Assembly (NCBI GenBank): GCA_020348445.1
Contig: CP070751.1
Coordinates: 4,685,060 to 4,749,059, forward strand
Reading direction: 5' to 3'
Length of the DNA stretch: 64,000 nt
From: Thermoplasmata archaeon
Lineage (GTDB): Archaea > Thermoplasmatota > Thermoplasmata > GCA-020350865
This document shows positions 40,901-49,600 of the stretch, piece by piece (the stretch's first letter is position 1; every line of letters starts with the position of its first letter). Below the pieces are notes generated by a model that was not told where the DNA came from, ran no database searches, and saw only the letters and a program-made list of their open reading frames with translations. Made by a program: the position numbers and the translations under genes.

Positions 40901-43900
40901 ATAACGAAGTAACACTTGACTGGGCAGATGCAAACGGCAATTACTACACACCACTTAGCGCCTATGCCGATGTTCGTGTTACAGCACCTCAGATGCACTT
41001 ATGCAAACAGGCAAGTGTAGAGTATGCCGACCCAGATGATACATTTGTATATACGTTGTACGCCCGTAACTATGGAACTGGTTGGGCAACTGGAGTGTTT
41101 GTCAACGATTCATTACCTTCATATCTGACACTGGTGAATGCCACACCCATGTACACCTACACCATTGGGAATCTACTTGTATGGAATGTTGGCACCCTGG
41201 CTCCAAATGGAGGCTTCATAAGAATATATATCACGGTCAGGGTCAATGTGAGTACACCTGATAAGACCAAACTCCATAATGTGAACACCCTCGATTATGC
41301 GGACGCCAACGGCAATTACTACCCGCAAAAGAGCAAATATGCAGATGTTATTGTGACAGCACCTGTTTTATCCTTATCCAAGACCGCGAGCGTAGCTAAA
41401 GCCAATCCTGGTGATATTATCACCTATACAATCAAATACAACAACACTGGGACGGGTTGGGCCTCCCTTGTAAAGATCGTTGATAAGATACCCGCATATA
41501 CAACCTTCTTAAATGCAACTCCTGGATATACCATATCAGGTAATGAATACACCTGGATCATAGGCAATTTCTCACCAAACGGAACAGGAGTTATTGTTAT
41601 TGTAGTTAAGGTTGATATTCCAACTCCAGACGGGATAACACTGCATAATGAGGTAAAACTCGACTGGGCAGATGCAAACGGCAACTACTACCCGCAATTA
41701 TGCGCTTATGCCGATGTTATAGTGACTGCTCCCATCTTGTCCATCACAAAAACAGCAGATAAATCTACTGCCAATCCCGGTGATATAATAACCTATACCA
41801 TCATATACGAGAATTCTGGAACTGGATGGGCAACACTTGTGAAGATAGTAGATACTATACCTTCAGATACCACATTCTTGAACTCCACTCCCATATATAG
41901 TAGCTTTTCTGATAACAAGTACACATGGATCATTGGCAACCTTACACCTGGTGGAAGCGGTAACATTACAATCATAGTCCGTGTAAATGTCCCGACCCCC
42001 GACCAGGCTCTTCTTCACAATAACGCAACATTGGATTGGGCAGATGCAAATGGCAACTACTATCCGCAACTGAGCGACTATGCAAATACATTTGTTACTG
42101 CACCGATTTTGACAATTCGCAAGACGGCCAGCAAAACGACAGCCGATCCAGGAGATACCATCACATATACAATAAAATACAACAACACAGGATCCGGCTG
42201 GGCCTCCCTTGTTAAGATAGTCGATACGATACCAGCAGAAACAACCTTCGTTAGCGCAACAGGTGTTTATAACATGTCTGGAGATAACATCACATGGGTA
42301 ATAGGCAACCTCGCTCCAAACAGCTCATTTATCATTACTATCACAGTCACAGTGGATATTCCCACCCCTGACGAGACTACACTGCACAACGAAGTCACCC
42401 TTGATTGGGCAGATGCAAATGGCAACTACTACCCGCAACTCAGTGACTATGCAGATGTTATTGTGACTGCTCCAATATTATTGTTCTCAAAATCCACATC
42501 TGATATCACTGCCGATCCTGGTGATACCCTTGTTTATACATTAGAATATGAGAATGTTGGTACAGGTTTGGCCACTCTGGTTGTGATCAGGGATAACATA
42601 CCCATAGCACATGTTACATTTGTGGGTGCTTCACCAAATTACACATCTGTTTCCGGTGGAATATTCACATGGAACATAGGTAACATTACGCCAGGTGCAA
42701 AAGGCACGATAAACGTTACCGTGAAAGTGAAGGCCTACACTGCTGACAAGACAATCCTTCACAATAACGCAACCCTTTCCTGGGCAGATGCCAACGGCAA
42801 TTACTACCCACAACTGAATGATTATGCTAATGTCCGAGTAACAGCCCCAGTAATGACACTCAACAAGACTGCAGATGTTGCTTATGCAGATCCAGGGGAT
42901 ACCATAATCTACACAATCAAATATACCAACTCGGGAACTGGTTGGGCCTCCCTTGTAAAGATCGTGGATAAGATCCCAGCAGATACAACCTTCCTAAACG
43001 CAACCCCAGGCTACAACATCTCATCTGTCGATGAATACACATGGACCATAGGCAATGTGGCGCCAAACAGCACAGCAACTATTACAATCATAGTTAAGGT
43101 GGATGTCCCAACACCTGATAAGACCCTTTTGCATAATTACGCAACCTTGGACTGGGCAGATGCAAATGGAAATCCCTATCCACAGCTGTACGATGATGCT
43201 GATGTGTATGTAACGGCTCCGGTTCTTTCAATAACAAAAACTGCAAACGTGACCACCGCATATCCCAATGAACCAATAACATACACAATAGAATATGAGA
43301 ACACAGGATCAGGGTGGGCAAGCCTCATCAAGATCGTTGATACCATATCCAATGACACTACATTAAAGAGCGCAACTCCAATGTATAATTCCTCCTCTGG
43401 CAACAAATACACATGGAATATCGGAAACCTAAAACCCGGTGGCAAAGGAACCATTACCATCGTGGTGGTAGTTAAGGAAGATACTCCCGATGAAACCCAC
43501 CTATCCAATTACGTCACCCTTGACTGGGCAGATGCAAACGGCAACTACTATCCGCAACTTGATGATTATGCCAATGTAACTGTTACAGCACCCATTATGG
43601 TGCTCGACAAGACGGCAGATAAGGAAACAGCAAATCCCGGCGATCTTATAATGTTTACGATAACATATATGAATCTTGGGACAGGCTGGGCAACTGGATT
43701 CTATATCAACGATACAATCCCCTTATTTACAACCTTTGTGGATGCTGATCCATGGTATACATCTGTTCTAAACCGCACCTACCATTGGTTCATAGGCAGT
43801 GTGGCTCCAGGGGCAGTGAAATACATCAATCTGACAGTCAGGGTAGATCCTTTCACGGAGGATCAATATATTATAAGAAATCAGATCGGCAATGTTTCTG

Positions 43901-46278
43901 CAGAGGTTCCTGTTACGGCCCCGATAATGGACATAAACAAGACAACAGATAAAACTAAGGCCAATCCTGGTGATGAAATTGTCTATACAATTACGTATAC
44001 CAATACAGGAACAGGAAATGCCTCGGGGGTTTTAATAAACGATACGATCCCATTACACACAACATATGTGAGTTCAAGTATCAACTACAGCTCAAAGATT
44101 GGGAACAAGTATGTATTCTTCATAGGCCATGTTCCTGCAAACTCCACCTTCACAATAACCATCACCGTTATGGTTGATGTAGGAACCGCAGATAAAACCC
44201 CACTGCACAATGAGGTCACCCTCGATTATGCCGACGTCAACGGCAACTACTACCCACAGGAGAACGCTTATGCAGATGCTGTGGTTACTGCACCTGTTAT
44301 GTCATTATCCAAGGATGCTGATATAGCAAAAGGCACTCCTGGCGATCCAATCACCTATACCATCAAATATGAGAATAATGGAACAGGTGATGCAAGAAGC
44401 GTTGTAATTGTTGATACCCTGCCTTTGGACGTTAAGTTCATTTCGGCCTCCCCTGCACCTGATAACATATCAGGTAACATCCTGATTTGGATTATAGGGG
44501 ACGTCCTTTCCGGCGATTCTGAAAATATCACCGTAAATGTAGAGATCATACCGGGCACCTGGGATGAAACTGTTCTCACAAATATCGTGACTCTTGATTA
44601 CTCTGATGCCAATGATAATTTCATCAAGCAGCTTGAAGATTCCGTTGATGTTATCGTTACCGCGCCTGTCATGACCTTATCCAAGGAAGCAGGCGAAGTC
44701 AGTGAAAGCGCTTATGTAATAACCGATATCAGACTCAGGGTGGCAGGCGAGAAGTGGCATGATGTGGTACTTACTCTCTACTGCAATAATGTCTCAGTGG
44801 CTGTAGCACGTGTCTACAGGGAACCTGGGGATCCAGACGATCAGTCCGTGACCCTCTATAATGTATCAATAAACCTGCTTTGCGACTGCTTTTCTGCTGT
44901 TGTGGTATATACACCATTTGATGATGTGATCAACGGTCAAATTAATGGTGCTGATCCTGCTTGGCTAATCCTCAATACCGAATATGGAAAAGAGATCAGA
45001 ATCCACCACACCTTCAACTATCAACATCCAGAGGGCTGGAACTGGACAATAGATGATTTCCGCCCATATCTAATCAACCTACCCTTGACTTTGAACTATA
45101 CCATAAGCTATGAGATCCACTATGCGAACATTGGAACAGGAGATGCAACAAACGTTTGGATATATGATGTGATCCCACCTGAGACATTCCTTATAAACAG
45201 CACCCCGGCTTTTGATTCCTATATAGGAAACACGTTGGGCTGGAATATTGGCTATGTTCCCTCGGGTGGAAGTGGATGCGTCTGCCTCAATATCAGCTTC
45301 GTCTTTCCGAATGTCATTGTGAAGAACTGGTATCCAATGGGTAAGTTACTACAAAACAATGCTACAATGGACTACCATGACACCAACGGGAACTTAGTTG
45401 AACAGTTGAGCGATTCTGCCGAAGTTATCGTGTACGTTCCGTCTGAACTCAAAAAGCCAAAGAACAAGCACTATTCACCGATTTATCAGGGAGATGGCGG
45501 TGAGATTCCATCCAATATGCTGTCTTATATTGGTTATGGAAGCACATCTATAGGGGATACATATCTAGTCATCTTCTCAGAAACGGGTCAAGGTGACAAC
45601 CTAGAATCCACAGTTGTAGATAGCACAAACGAAGACAATATCGTGCATATTTACCTAAGCCAATATCAGCTAGACACCCCACCACCTGCCGAAGAAGAAA
45701 CCACAATAATTATCGATACAACACATATGATTCAAATAGAGATTCCATCTGATCCTCAGATCCATGAAGTTGTGTTCATCGAAATCGATGAAATGCTAGA
45801 TATACAGGTGATCGAATTCGGTATTGGAGCCTTAGAACCTCCAGAAATAGTGATGATAGAGCCATCAATCACCATACTAGGACCAGTTGACACAGAGGAA
45901 ATATTTACCCTTGAAGGCCAATACGAGTTAACAGTAAAGGAGGTCTCACACAAAGAAAAGGATCTTACCATCACAGTGGATATACAAGAGATATCTGAGC
46001 CCCCAGAGGTTGAATATACTGTTTTAGAGGTGGAATCAAGGGAGGATGACGAGATTTGCTTGGTTGAAAATGAGGAGACAATTGAGATAGCAGCAACAGA
46101 AATCAAGACACCCTCCTCCCTCATTGTTGAGACGCAAAATACAGCGTCCACCGAGAGTGCAGAAAATCCACAAGGGGAAAAGACGGTCTCTTATCTGAGC
46201 ATGGCACCACTTTTATTTGCTGCCATTGCCCTTTTGGCGGGTGTTTTCTGCTGGTTCCAGAGAAGAAAAAGGAGATAA
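31951..46278 (+). CDS. Giant (4775 aa) membrane-anchored adhesin-like protein: head domain, ~33 DUF11 (conserved-repeat, isopeptide-type Ig) modules, acidic linker, TM helix, basic tail
   Basis: Signal-like N-terminus. ~123-aa repeats of the form (T)AP...K.AD...ADPGD.ITY.I.Y.N.G.G.A..V...DTIP...N.VTLDY, counted by hand. C-terminus MAPLLFAAIALLAGVFCWFQRRKRR. Confidence 0.9.
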   Translation: MRNGTRGGKSLKRANTIAVATILIFGMFVLAVTPPGEEPDTIEDWPSENEWINYTFRGERIRDWEDKPYENDPTHGIANVQPDAVDIASGVDASGGGAGNNPGNYTSVQYFYDDVNGDSDGFNNIDDDWLFLRMRVAGDPRHSGKYYYKAYHWDILLEIDGDIYSEFVVDINGGGGYFQFGTVGVYYNDTEDYEYDPDNDWVWLQEARKAKNNFTRVQEIGYGTDTEDDDQWWIEYRIPVTAFTDYDDNQLLGADTDFLLFFSTSASMTNPLQKDWMGEYVFGEPANITVEKTVEEDIVAAGDILHYKIYYNNTGEFNANHVWINDTIPEYTTFVECSPPYDSVDGRTYTWHFTDVESGNHTVYLNVSVDSDVPDGTILRNVVVLNYTDDHDEEKPGSEDETENEVEGPFMDFAKDADLTFADPGDTINYTLTYENTGSGGAYNVVITDILPDHVEFDYSVPAPTSVDGNTLTWEFGVVSGFSVNYIYVYVTVDAYTENGTYLVNFANMSYEDVNENPYPTLEDWANVTVVAPLMTISKTADVTVADPGDQIIYTIDYENTWSGDATNVVIEDTIDPDTTYVNASLAPSNIAGDVITWNIGTISGGGSGSITLIVKVDVNVEDGTTLTNIVTLNYDDANGNPQDEETDSVNVSVTAPDMTISKSADVSYADPGDEITYNITYENTGSGVAAQVWIVDTIPSYTTYVSSSPAYTSVSGDSYTWHFTNVSQGTYYITLKVKVDVGTVPGTILINNVTLDYTDANGNQPYDTEDDSATVTVTAPDITLSKEADVTTADPGDIITYNITYSNNGNGLAAHVWINDTIPTDTTFVSSSVNYTAKSGDTYTWHFTDIGPGAYYIILKVRVDVGTEPGTTLTNYVTLEYTDANGNQPYDTEQDSATVTATAPAMTISKNADVTTADPGDLIIYNITYSNNGNGVAAHVWINDTIPADTTFVSSSVNYTASSGDTYTWHFTDVNPGTYYIILKVRVDVGTEPGKTLTNDVTLDYTDANGNQPYDTEHDSAAVTATAPDMIISKNADVTTADPGDIITYTITYSNNGNGVAAHVWVNDTIPGDTTFVSSSPNYTASSGDTYTWHFTDVDPGIFYIILKVRVDVGTEPGTILTNNVTLEYTDANGNQPYDTEQDSATVTATAPDMTISKNADVSTADPGDIITYNITYSSNGNGVAAHVWVNDTIPGDTTFVSSSPNFTASSGDTYTWHFTDVDPGTYYIILKVRVDIGTAPSTILHNEVTLDYTDANGNQPYDTETDSVNVTVTAPEITVGKDADVSFADPGDIITYNITYSNNGNGVAAHVWVNDTIPDHTTFVSSSPNYTALSGSKYTWHFTDVDPGTYYIILKMRVDVGTAPSTILHNEVTLDYMDANGNQPYDTQTDSVNVTVTAPDMTINKDADVTVADPGDIITYNITYSNNGNGVAAHVWVNDTIPGDTTFVSSSPNYTASSGDTYIWHFTNVNPGTYYIILKVSVDVGTAPSTILHNEVTLDYMDANGNQPYDTQTDSVNVTVTAPDMTISKNADVTTADPGDVITYNITYSNNGNGIAAHVWVNDTIPGDTTFVSSSPNYTAKSGDTFTWHFTDVGPGTYYIIIKVKVDVGTEPRTTLLNNVTLDYTDANGNQPYDTESDFATVTATAPDMTISKNADVTTADPGDFIIYNITYSNNGNGVAAHVWVKDTIPADTTFVSSSPNYTSKSGDTFTWHFTNVDPGTYYIILKVRVDVGTDPRTTLLNNVTLDYTDANGNQPYDTERDSAIVTATAPDMTISKNADVSTADPGDFIIYNITYSNNGNGVAAHVWVKDTIPADTTYISSSPNYTAKSGDTFTWHFTNVDPGTYYITLKVKVDVGTDPRTTLLNNVTLDYTDANSNQPYDTERDSATVTATAPDITINKNADVSIADPSDIITYNITYSNNGNGVAAHVWINDTIPADTTFVSSSPNYTASSGDTFTWHFTDVDPGTCWIILKVRVDVDTPDGTTLVNEVTLDFTDDNGNQPYPTQNDTAIVYVTAPTMIIIKTANTNKADPGDTVVYTIYYENTGTGDATNVVIEDTLPENVTFEDADPYPNSTTSGKLIWNIGTVPGDTDGTITVWVTVNIGSPDGELLRNFVVLEYDDDNENPQPDENDSADVTVTAPVMSFSKCVCHRYADPGDYIQYRIQYRNSGSGNATNVVIIDTLSENMTLISSNPAYDNVSGNVYKWYIGLVGPYTHGSITILVQVNVGVEDGTVLPNKATLDYSDDNGNPYDRETRWANVTVTAPIMTIEKSADVIKADPSDYITYTIEYENTGTGEATGIVIVDTIPAYTTFINSTPAFDYQSGNSYYWNFSSVAGETNGIITIVVKVNAYTTDGTLLTNTVTLDYNDANGNPYDQENDTAEVTVTAPDMIIIKVSDVDDADPGDPIEYTLTYINRGSGIATDIVITDTIPEHTTYVDSDPTYDQVSGRIYKWINIINVGPYSSGNITITVRVNVGTADGILLRNKATLDYDDANGNPYPQENDTADVTVTAPDMIIEKSAYVITADPSDYITYTIVYTNLGTGEATDVIIVDKIPADTTFKNSTPMFDSQSGDFFTWNFSSILGLSNGTITIIVQVDAYTPDGRLLTNIATLDYNDANGNPYPQENDTAHVTVTAPVLRFGKLANVAKADPSDPIVYALTYSNIGTGVATDIVVADTIPGDTTFVSSNPSYSYVINDTYYWNVSTLAGGANGSIKITVTVNAGTGDGKLLHNSATFDYDDANGNPYPQKEASADVIVTAPVLNIIKTADVATADPDDLITYTIVFINSGTGNATDVWIVDTIPAYTTFLNASPYYDYNENDTYKWYFALVEGSTNITITILVKVDVGTPDETLLHNGVILEYSDDNGNPLDNETSSDDVIVTAPILSLNKTADVATADPDDTIIYTIKYENKGTGWASLVEIVDTIPADTTFVSASTGYNVSGDVYTWIIGNLAPNGSGIITITVKVDIATPDETTLHNEVTLDWADANGNYYTPLSAYADVRVTAPQMHLCKQASVEYADPDDTFVYTLYARNYGTGWATGVFVNDSLPSYLTLVNATPMYTYTIGNLLVWNVGTLAPNGGFIRIYITVRVNVSTPDKTKLHNVNTLDYADANGNYYPQKSKYADVIVTAPVLSLSKTASVAKANPGDIITYTIKYNNTGTGWASLVKIVDKIPAYTTFLNATPGYTISGNEYTWIIGNFSPNGTGVIVIVVKVDIPTPDGITLHNEVKLDWADANGNYYPQLCAYADVIVTAPILSITKTADKSTANPGDIITYTIIYENSGTGWATLVKIVDTIPSDTTFLNSTPIYSSFSDNKYTWIIGNLTPGGSGNITIIVRVNVPTPDQALLHNNATLDWADANGNYYPQLSDYANTFVTAPILTIRKTASKTTADPGDTITYTIKYNNTGSGWASLVKIVDTIPAETTFVSATGVYNMSGDNITWVIGNLAPNSSFIITITVTVDIPTPDETTLHNEVTLDWADANGNYYPQLSDYADVIVTAPILLFSKSTSDITADPGDTLVYTLEYENVGTGLATLVVIRDNIPIAHVTFVGASPNYTSVSGGIFTWNIGNITPGAKGTINVTVKVKAYTADKTILHNNATLSWADANGNYYPQLNDYANVRVTAPVMTLNKTADVAYADPGDTIIYTIKYTNSGTGWASLVKIVDKIPADTTFLNATPGYNISSVDEYTWTIGNVAPNSTATITIIVKVDVPTPDKTLLHNYATLDWADANGNPYPQLYDDADVYVTAPVLSITKTANVTTAYPNEPITYTIEYENTGSGWASLIKIVDTISNDTTLKSATPMYNSSSGNKYTWNIGNLKPGGKGTITIVVVVKEDTPDETHLSNYVTLDWADANGNYYPQLDDYANVTVTAPIMVLDKTADKETANPGDLIMFTITYMNLGTGWATGFYINDTIPLFTTFVDADPWYTSVLNRTYHWFIGSVAPGAVKYINLTVRVDPFTEDQYIIRNQIGNVSAEVPVTAPIMDINKTTDKTKANPGDEIVYTITYTNTGTGNASGVLINDTIPLHTTYVSSSINYSSKIGNKYVFFIGHVPANSTFTITITVMVDVGTADKTPLHNEVTLDYADVNGNYYPQENAYADAVVTAPVMSLSKDADIAKGTPGDPITYTIKYENNGTGDARSVVIVDTLPLDVKFISASPAPDNISGNILIWIIGDVLSGDSENITVNVEIIPGTWDETVLTNIVTLDYSDANDNFIKQLEDSVDVIVTAPVMTLSKEAGEVSESAYVITDIRLRVAGEKWHDVVLTLYCNNVSVAVARVYREPGDPDDQSVTLYNVSINLLCDCFSAVVVYTPFDDVINGQINGADPAWLILNTEYGKEIRIHHTFNYQHPEGWNWTIDDFRPYLINLPLTLNYTISYEIHYANIGTGDATNVWIYDVIPPETFLINSTPAFDSYIGNTLGWNIGYVPSGGSGCVCLNISFVFPNVIVKNWYPMGKLLQNNATMDYHDTNGNLVEQLSDSAEVIVYVPSELKKPKNKHYSPIYQGDGGEIPSNMLSYIGYGSTSIGDTYLVIFSETGQGDNLESTVVDSTNEDNIVHIYLSQYQLDTPPPAEEETTIIIDTTHMIQIEIPSDPQIHEVVFIEIDEMLDIQVIEFGIGALEPPEIVMIEPSITILGPVDTEEIFTLEGQYELTVKEVSHKEKDLTITVDIQEISEPPEVEYTVLEVESREDDEICLVENEETIEIAATEIKTPSSLIVETQNTASTESAENPQGEKTVSYLSMAPLLFAAIALLAGVFCWFQRRKRR

Positions 46279-46280
46279 AC

Positions 46281-46304
46281 TCCTTTCTTTTTTTCATTTT
46301 TTTT
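46281..46304 (+). terminator. T-rich archaeal terminator after giant gene 1
   Basis: TCCTTTCTTTTTTTCATTTTTTTT directly after the stop, similar to the tract after giant gene 2. Confidence 0.55.
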
Positions 46305-46406
46305 ATATAAATTAACTTGTTTTTAGGGTATATTAGCGATTTTTCATGGATTTTTATTAATAATAATATTTTCTGATTTACACGAAAATTTCTTGGTAAA
46401 AATGAG

Positions 46407-46457
46407 ATACTTTAAGACGGTTAAAGCAAAAGTATATTAACATGTTTGTACATATTC
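46407..46457 (+). promoter_or_regulatory. Promoter and degenerate operator of giant gene 2
   Basis: ATACTTTAA-N8-AAGCAAAAGTATATTAACATGTTTGTACATATTC. The 34-bp core is 32/34 identical to 31747-31780. Confidence 0.75.
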
Positions 46458-46623
46458 TTAAGGACAGACCTTTAGAAAATAATGGAGAGGGGAGAGTAAA
46501 TTTGTATCTGAGAGGTAGTATAATATCATATAGTGCAGGTAATCTTAGCATATTTGGCTCTTCTTTTTACCTAGGTCTATCTTCTTTTAAAAGATCATCT
46601 AAAGAATTAAATGAGGTGAAAAA

Positions 46624-49600
46624 ATGAGGGGAAAAGGCAAAGGTGTTTTAGCAGTTAAGAAAGCAAATTCCATAGTGGTTATGACACTGCTGGTCATTGG
46701 AACACTTGTTCTGGCGGTAACTCCTCCGGGAGAGGAACCAGACCACATCGAAGACTGGCCCGATGAAAGCGAATGGATAAATTACACATTCAGGGGAGAG
46801 AGAATCAGAGACTGGGAGGACAAACCCTATGAAAACGATCCCACCCATGGGATTGCCAATGTCCAGCCAGATGCCGTGGATATTGCCTCTGGTGTGGATG
46901 CAAGTGGTGGTGGGGCGGAGAACAATCCCGGTAACTTTACTTCTGTCCAGTACGTTTATAAGGATGTTAACGGGGACAGCGTAGGTTGTGAAAATATAGA
47001 GGATGACTGGCTGTTTCTGAGAATGAGGGTTGCAGGGGATCCTAGAGCAACAGGTGGAAAGTACATGTACAAGGCATATCACTGGGACATACTCATTGAA
47101 GTCGATGGTGACCTATGGAGTGAATTTGTTGTGGATTTGAATGGTGGGGACGGATATTTCAAATGGGGTACCGTGGGAGTATACTACAACAATACAGAGG
47201 ACTACGAGTACGATCCAGACAATGATTGGGTTTGGTTGCAGGAGGCCAGTAAGGCAAAAAATAAATTCACAAGACCTGTTTTAATAGATTACGGAACCGA
47301 CACAGAAGATGATGATCAGTGGTGGATCGAATACAGGATTCCTGTAACTGCCTTCACTGATTATGACGACAACCAACTTTTGTGCTCGAATACGGGTTTT
47401 CTTTTGTTCTTCAGCACATCGGCATCACTGACCAATCCTCTTCAGAAGGATTGGATGGGCGAGTACATTTTTGGACAGCCAGCCAATATAACAGTTGAAA
47501 AGACTGTTGAGGAAGGAACTGTGGCACCAGGGGATACACTGCATTATAAAATCTATTACAACAACACCGGAGATTTCAATGCAAATCACGTGTGGGTAAA
47601 TGATACAATTCCTGAATACACCACCTTTTTAGATTGCTCCCCAGCCTACGATTCAGTGGATGATCGCACATACAGATGGTATTTTACAGATGTGGAACCT
47701 GGCAATTATACAATATATCTAAATGTGACAGTTGACGCCGGTGTTCCAGATGGAACTATACTGAGAAACGTAGTTGCACTGAACTACACAGACCATCAGG
47801 ATAACGAACTACCAGGTTCTGAGGATGAGACAGAAAATCCAGTGGAAGGGCCTGATATGACCTTTACGAAGGAGGCGGATTCTTCAACTGCCAATCCTGG
47901 GGATACTTTAACATATACCCTTACATATGAAAATACAGGCAGTGGTGGGGCGTATAATGTTGTGATAACTGACACGCTACCTGATTACGTAGAACTTGAT
48001 TATAGTGATCCAGCACCAACTTCAGAGGTCGGCAATATCCTAACTTGGGAATTTGATGTTGTACCGGGAAACAGTGTAAATTACATCTACATTTATGTTA
48101 TCGTGGATCCTTACACAGAGGACGGCACATATCTTGTCAATTACGCAACGTTGGAATATGAGGATGTTAACGAGAATCTATATCCATCATTGGAGGACTG
48201 GGCAAATGTCACAGTCACGGCTCCCATGATGACAATTTCCAAGACTGCTGATGTCGCAGAGGCCGATCCTGGAGATTATATAACCTACACTATTGAATAT
48301 GAGAACACAGGTTCCGGTGACGCAACTGATGTTGTGATTGTGGATACAATAGATCCTGATACAACTTTTGTAAATGCAACCCCGGCTCAATCCATCAAAG
48401 TTGGAGATGTAATTACCTGGAACATCGGGACCGTTTCCGGCGGTGGCTCGGGAACCATAATCCTGATAGTGAAGGTGGACGCATATGTCGAAGACGGAAT
48501 TATCCTGAGAAATACAGTGACCCTGAATTACAATGATGCCAACGGAAATCCACAGGACGAAGAATCAGATTACGTGGATGTCACAGTCACTGCGCCTGAT
48601 ATGACAATATCCAAGACTGCTGATAAAACAGAAGCAAATCCCGGAGATCAGATAACCTATACCATTGAATACGAGAATACAGGAACCGGTGACGCAACTG
48701 ATGTCGTGATTGTGGATACAATAGATCCCGACACGACCTTTGTCAGTGCAAGTCCATCTCCATCCAGTGTAGTTGGAGATGTTATTACCTGGAACTTTGG
48801 GACAGTTTCCGGTGGTGGCTCGGGAACCATAACCCTGATTGTGGAGGTAGACCCATATGTTGAAGATGGAACAGTTCTGACAAACACAGTGACCCTGAAC
48901 TATGATGACGCCAATGACAATCCACAGGACGAAGAAACAGACAGCGTAGATGTCACAGTAACTGCGCCTGGTATGACAATTACCAAGACTGCCGATGTCT
49001 CAGAGGCCGATCCTGGAGATTATATAACCTACACAATCTCCTACGAGAACACAGGTTCTGGGGATGCAACAGATGTTGTGATTGTGGACACAATAGATCC
49101 AGATACGACTTTTGTAAATGCAACACCGGCTCCATCCAGCGAAGTTGGAGATGTTTTAACCTGGAATATAGGCACTGTTTCCGGAGGGGGCTCTGGAATT
49201 ATTATACTCATTGTGAAGGTGGATGCCTATGTTGAAGATGGGACTATATTGAGAAATACAGTAACCCTGAACTATGATGACGCCAACGGCAATCCACAGG
49301 ACGAGGAATCAGATTACGTGGATGTCACTGTAACTGCACCTGATATGACTATCTCCAAGACCGCTGATGTCTCAGAAGCCGATCCCGGAGATCAGATAAC
49401 CTACACCATTGAATATGAGAATACAGGAACCGGTGACGCAACTGATGTCGTGATTGTTGATACCATCCATCCAGATACAACCTATGTCAGTGCAACTCCG
49501 GCTCCATCCAGTATAGTTGGAGATGTTATTACATGGAACCTCGGAACCGTTTCTGGAGGAGGCTCAGGAAGCATAACCTTGATTGTGGAGGTTGATGCAT

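Noticed and set aside
46442-46627. 61-aa ORF upstream of giant gene 2
   Set aside because: Its ATG lies inside the promoter/operator, upstream of the expected TSS, and it has no counterpart before gene 1.
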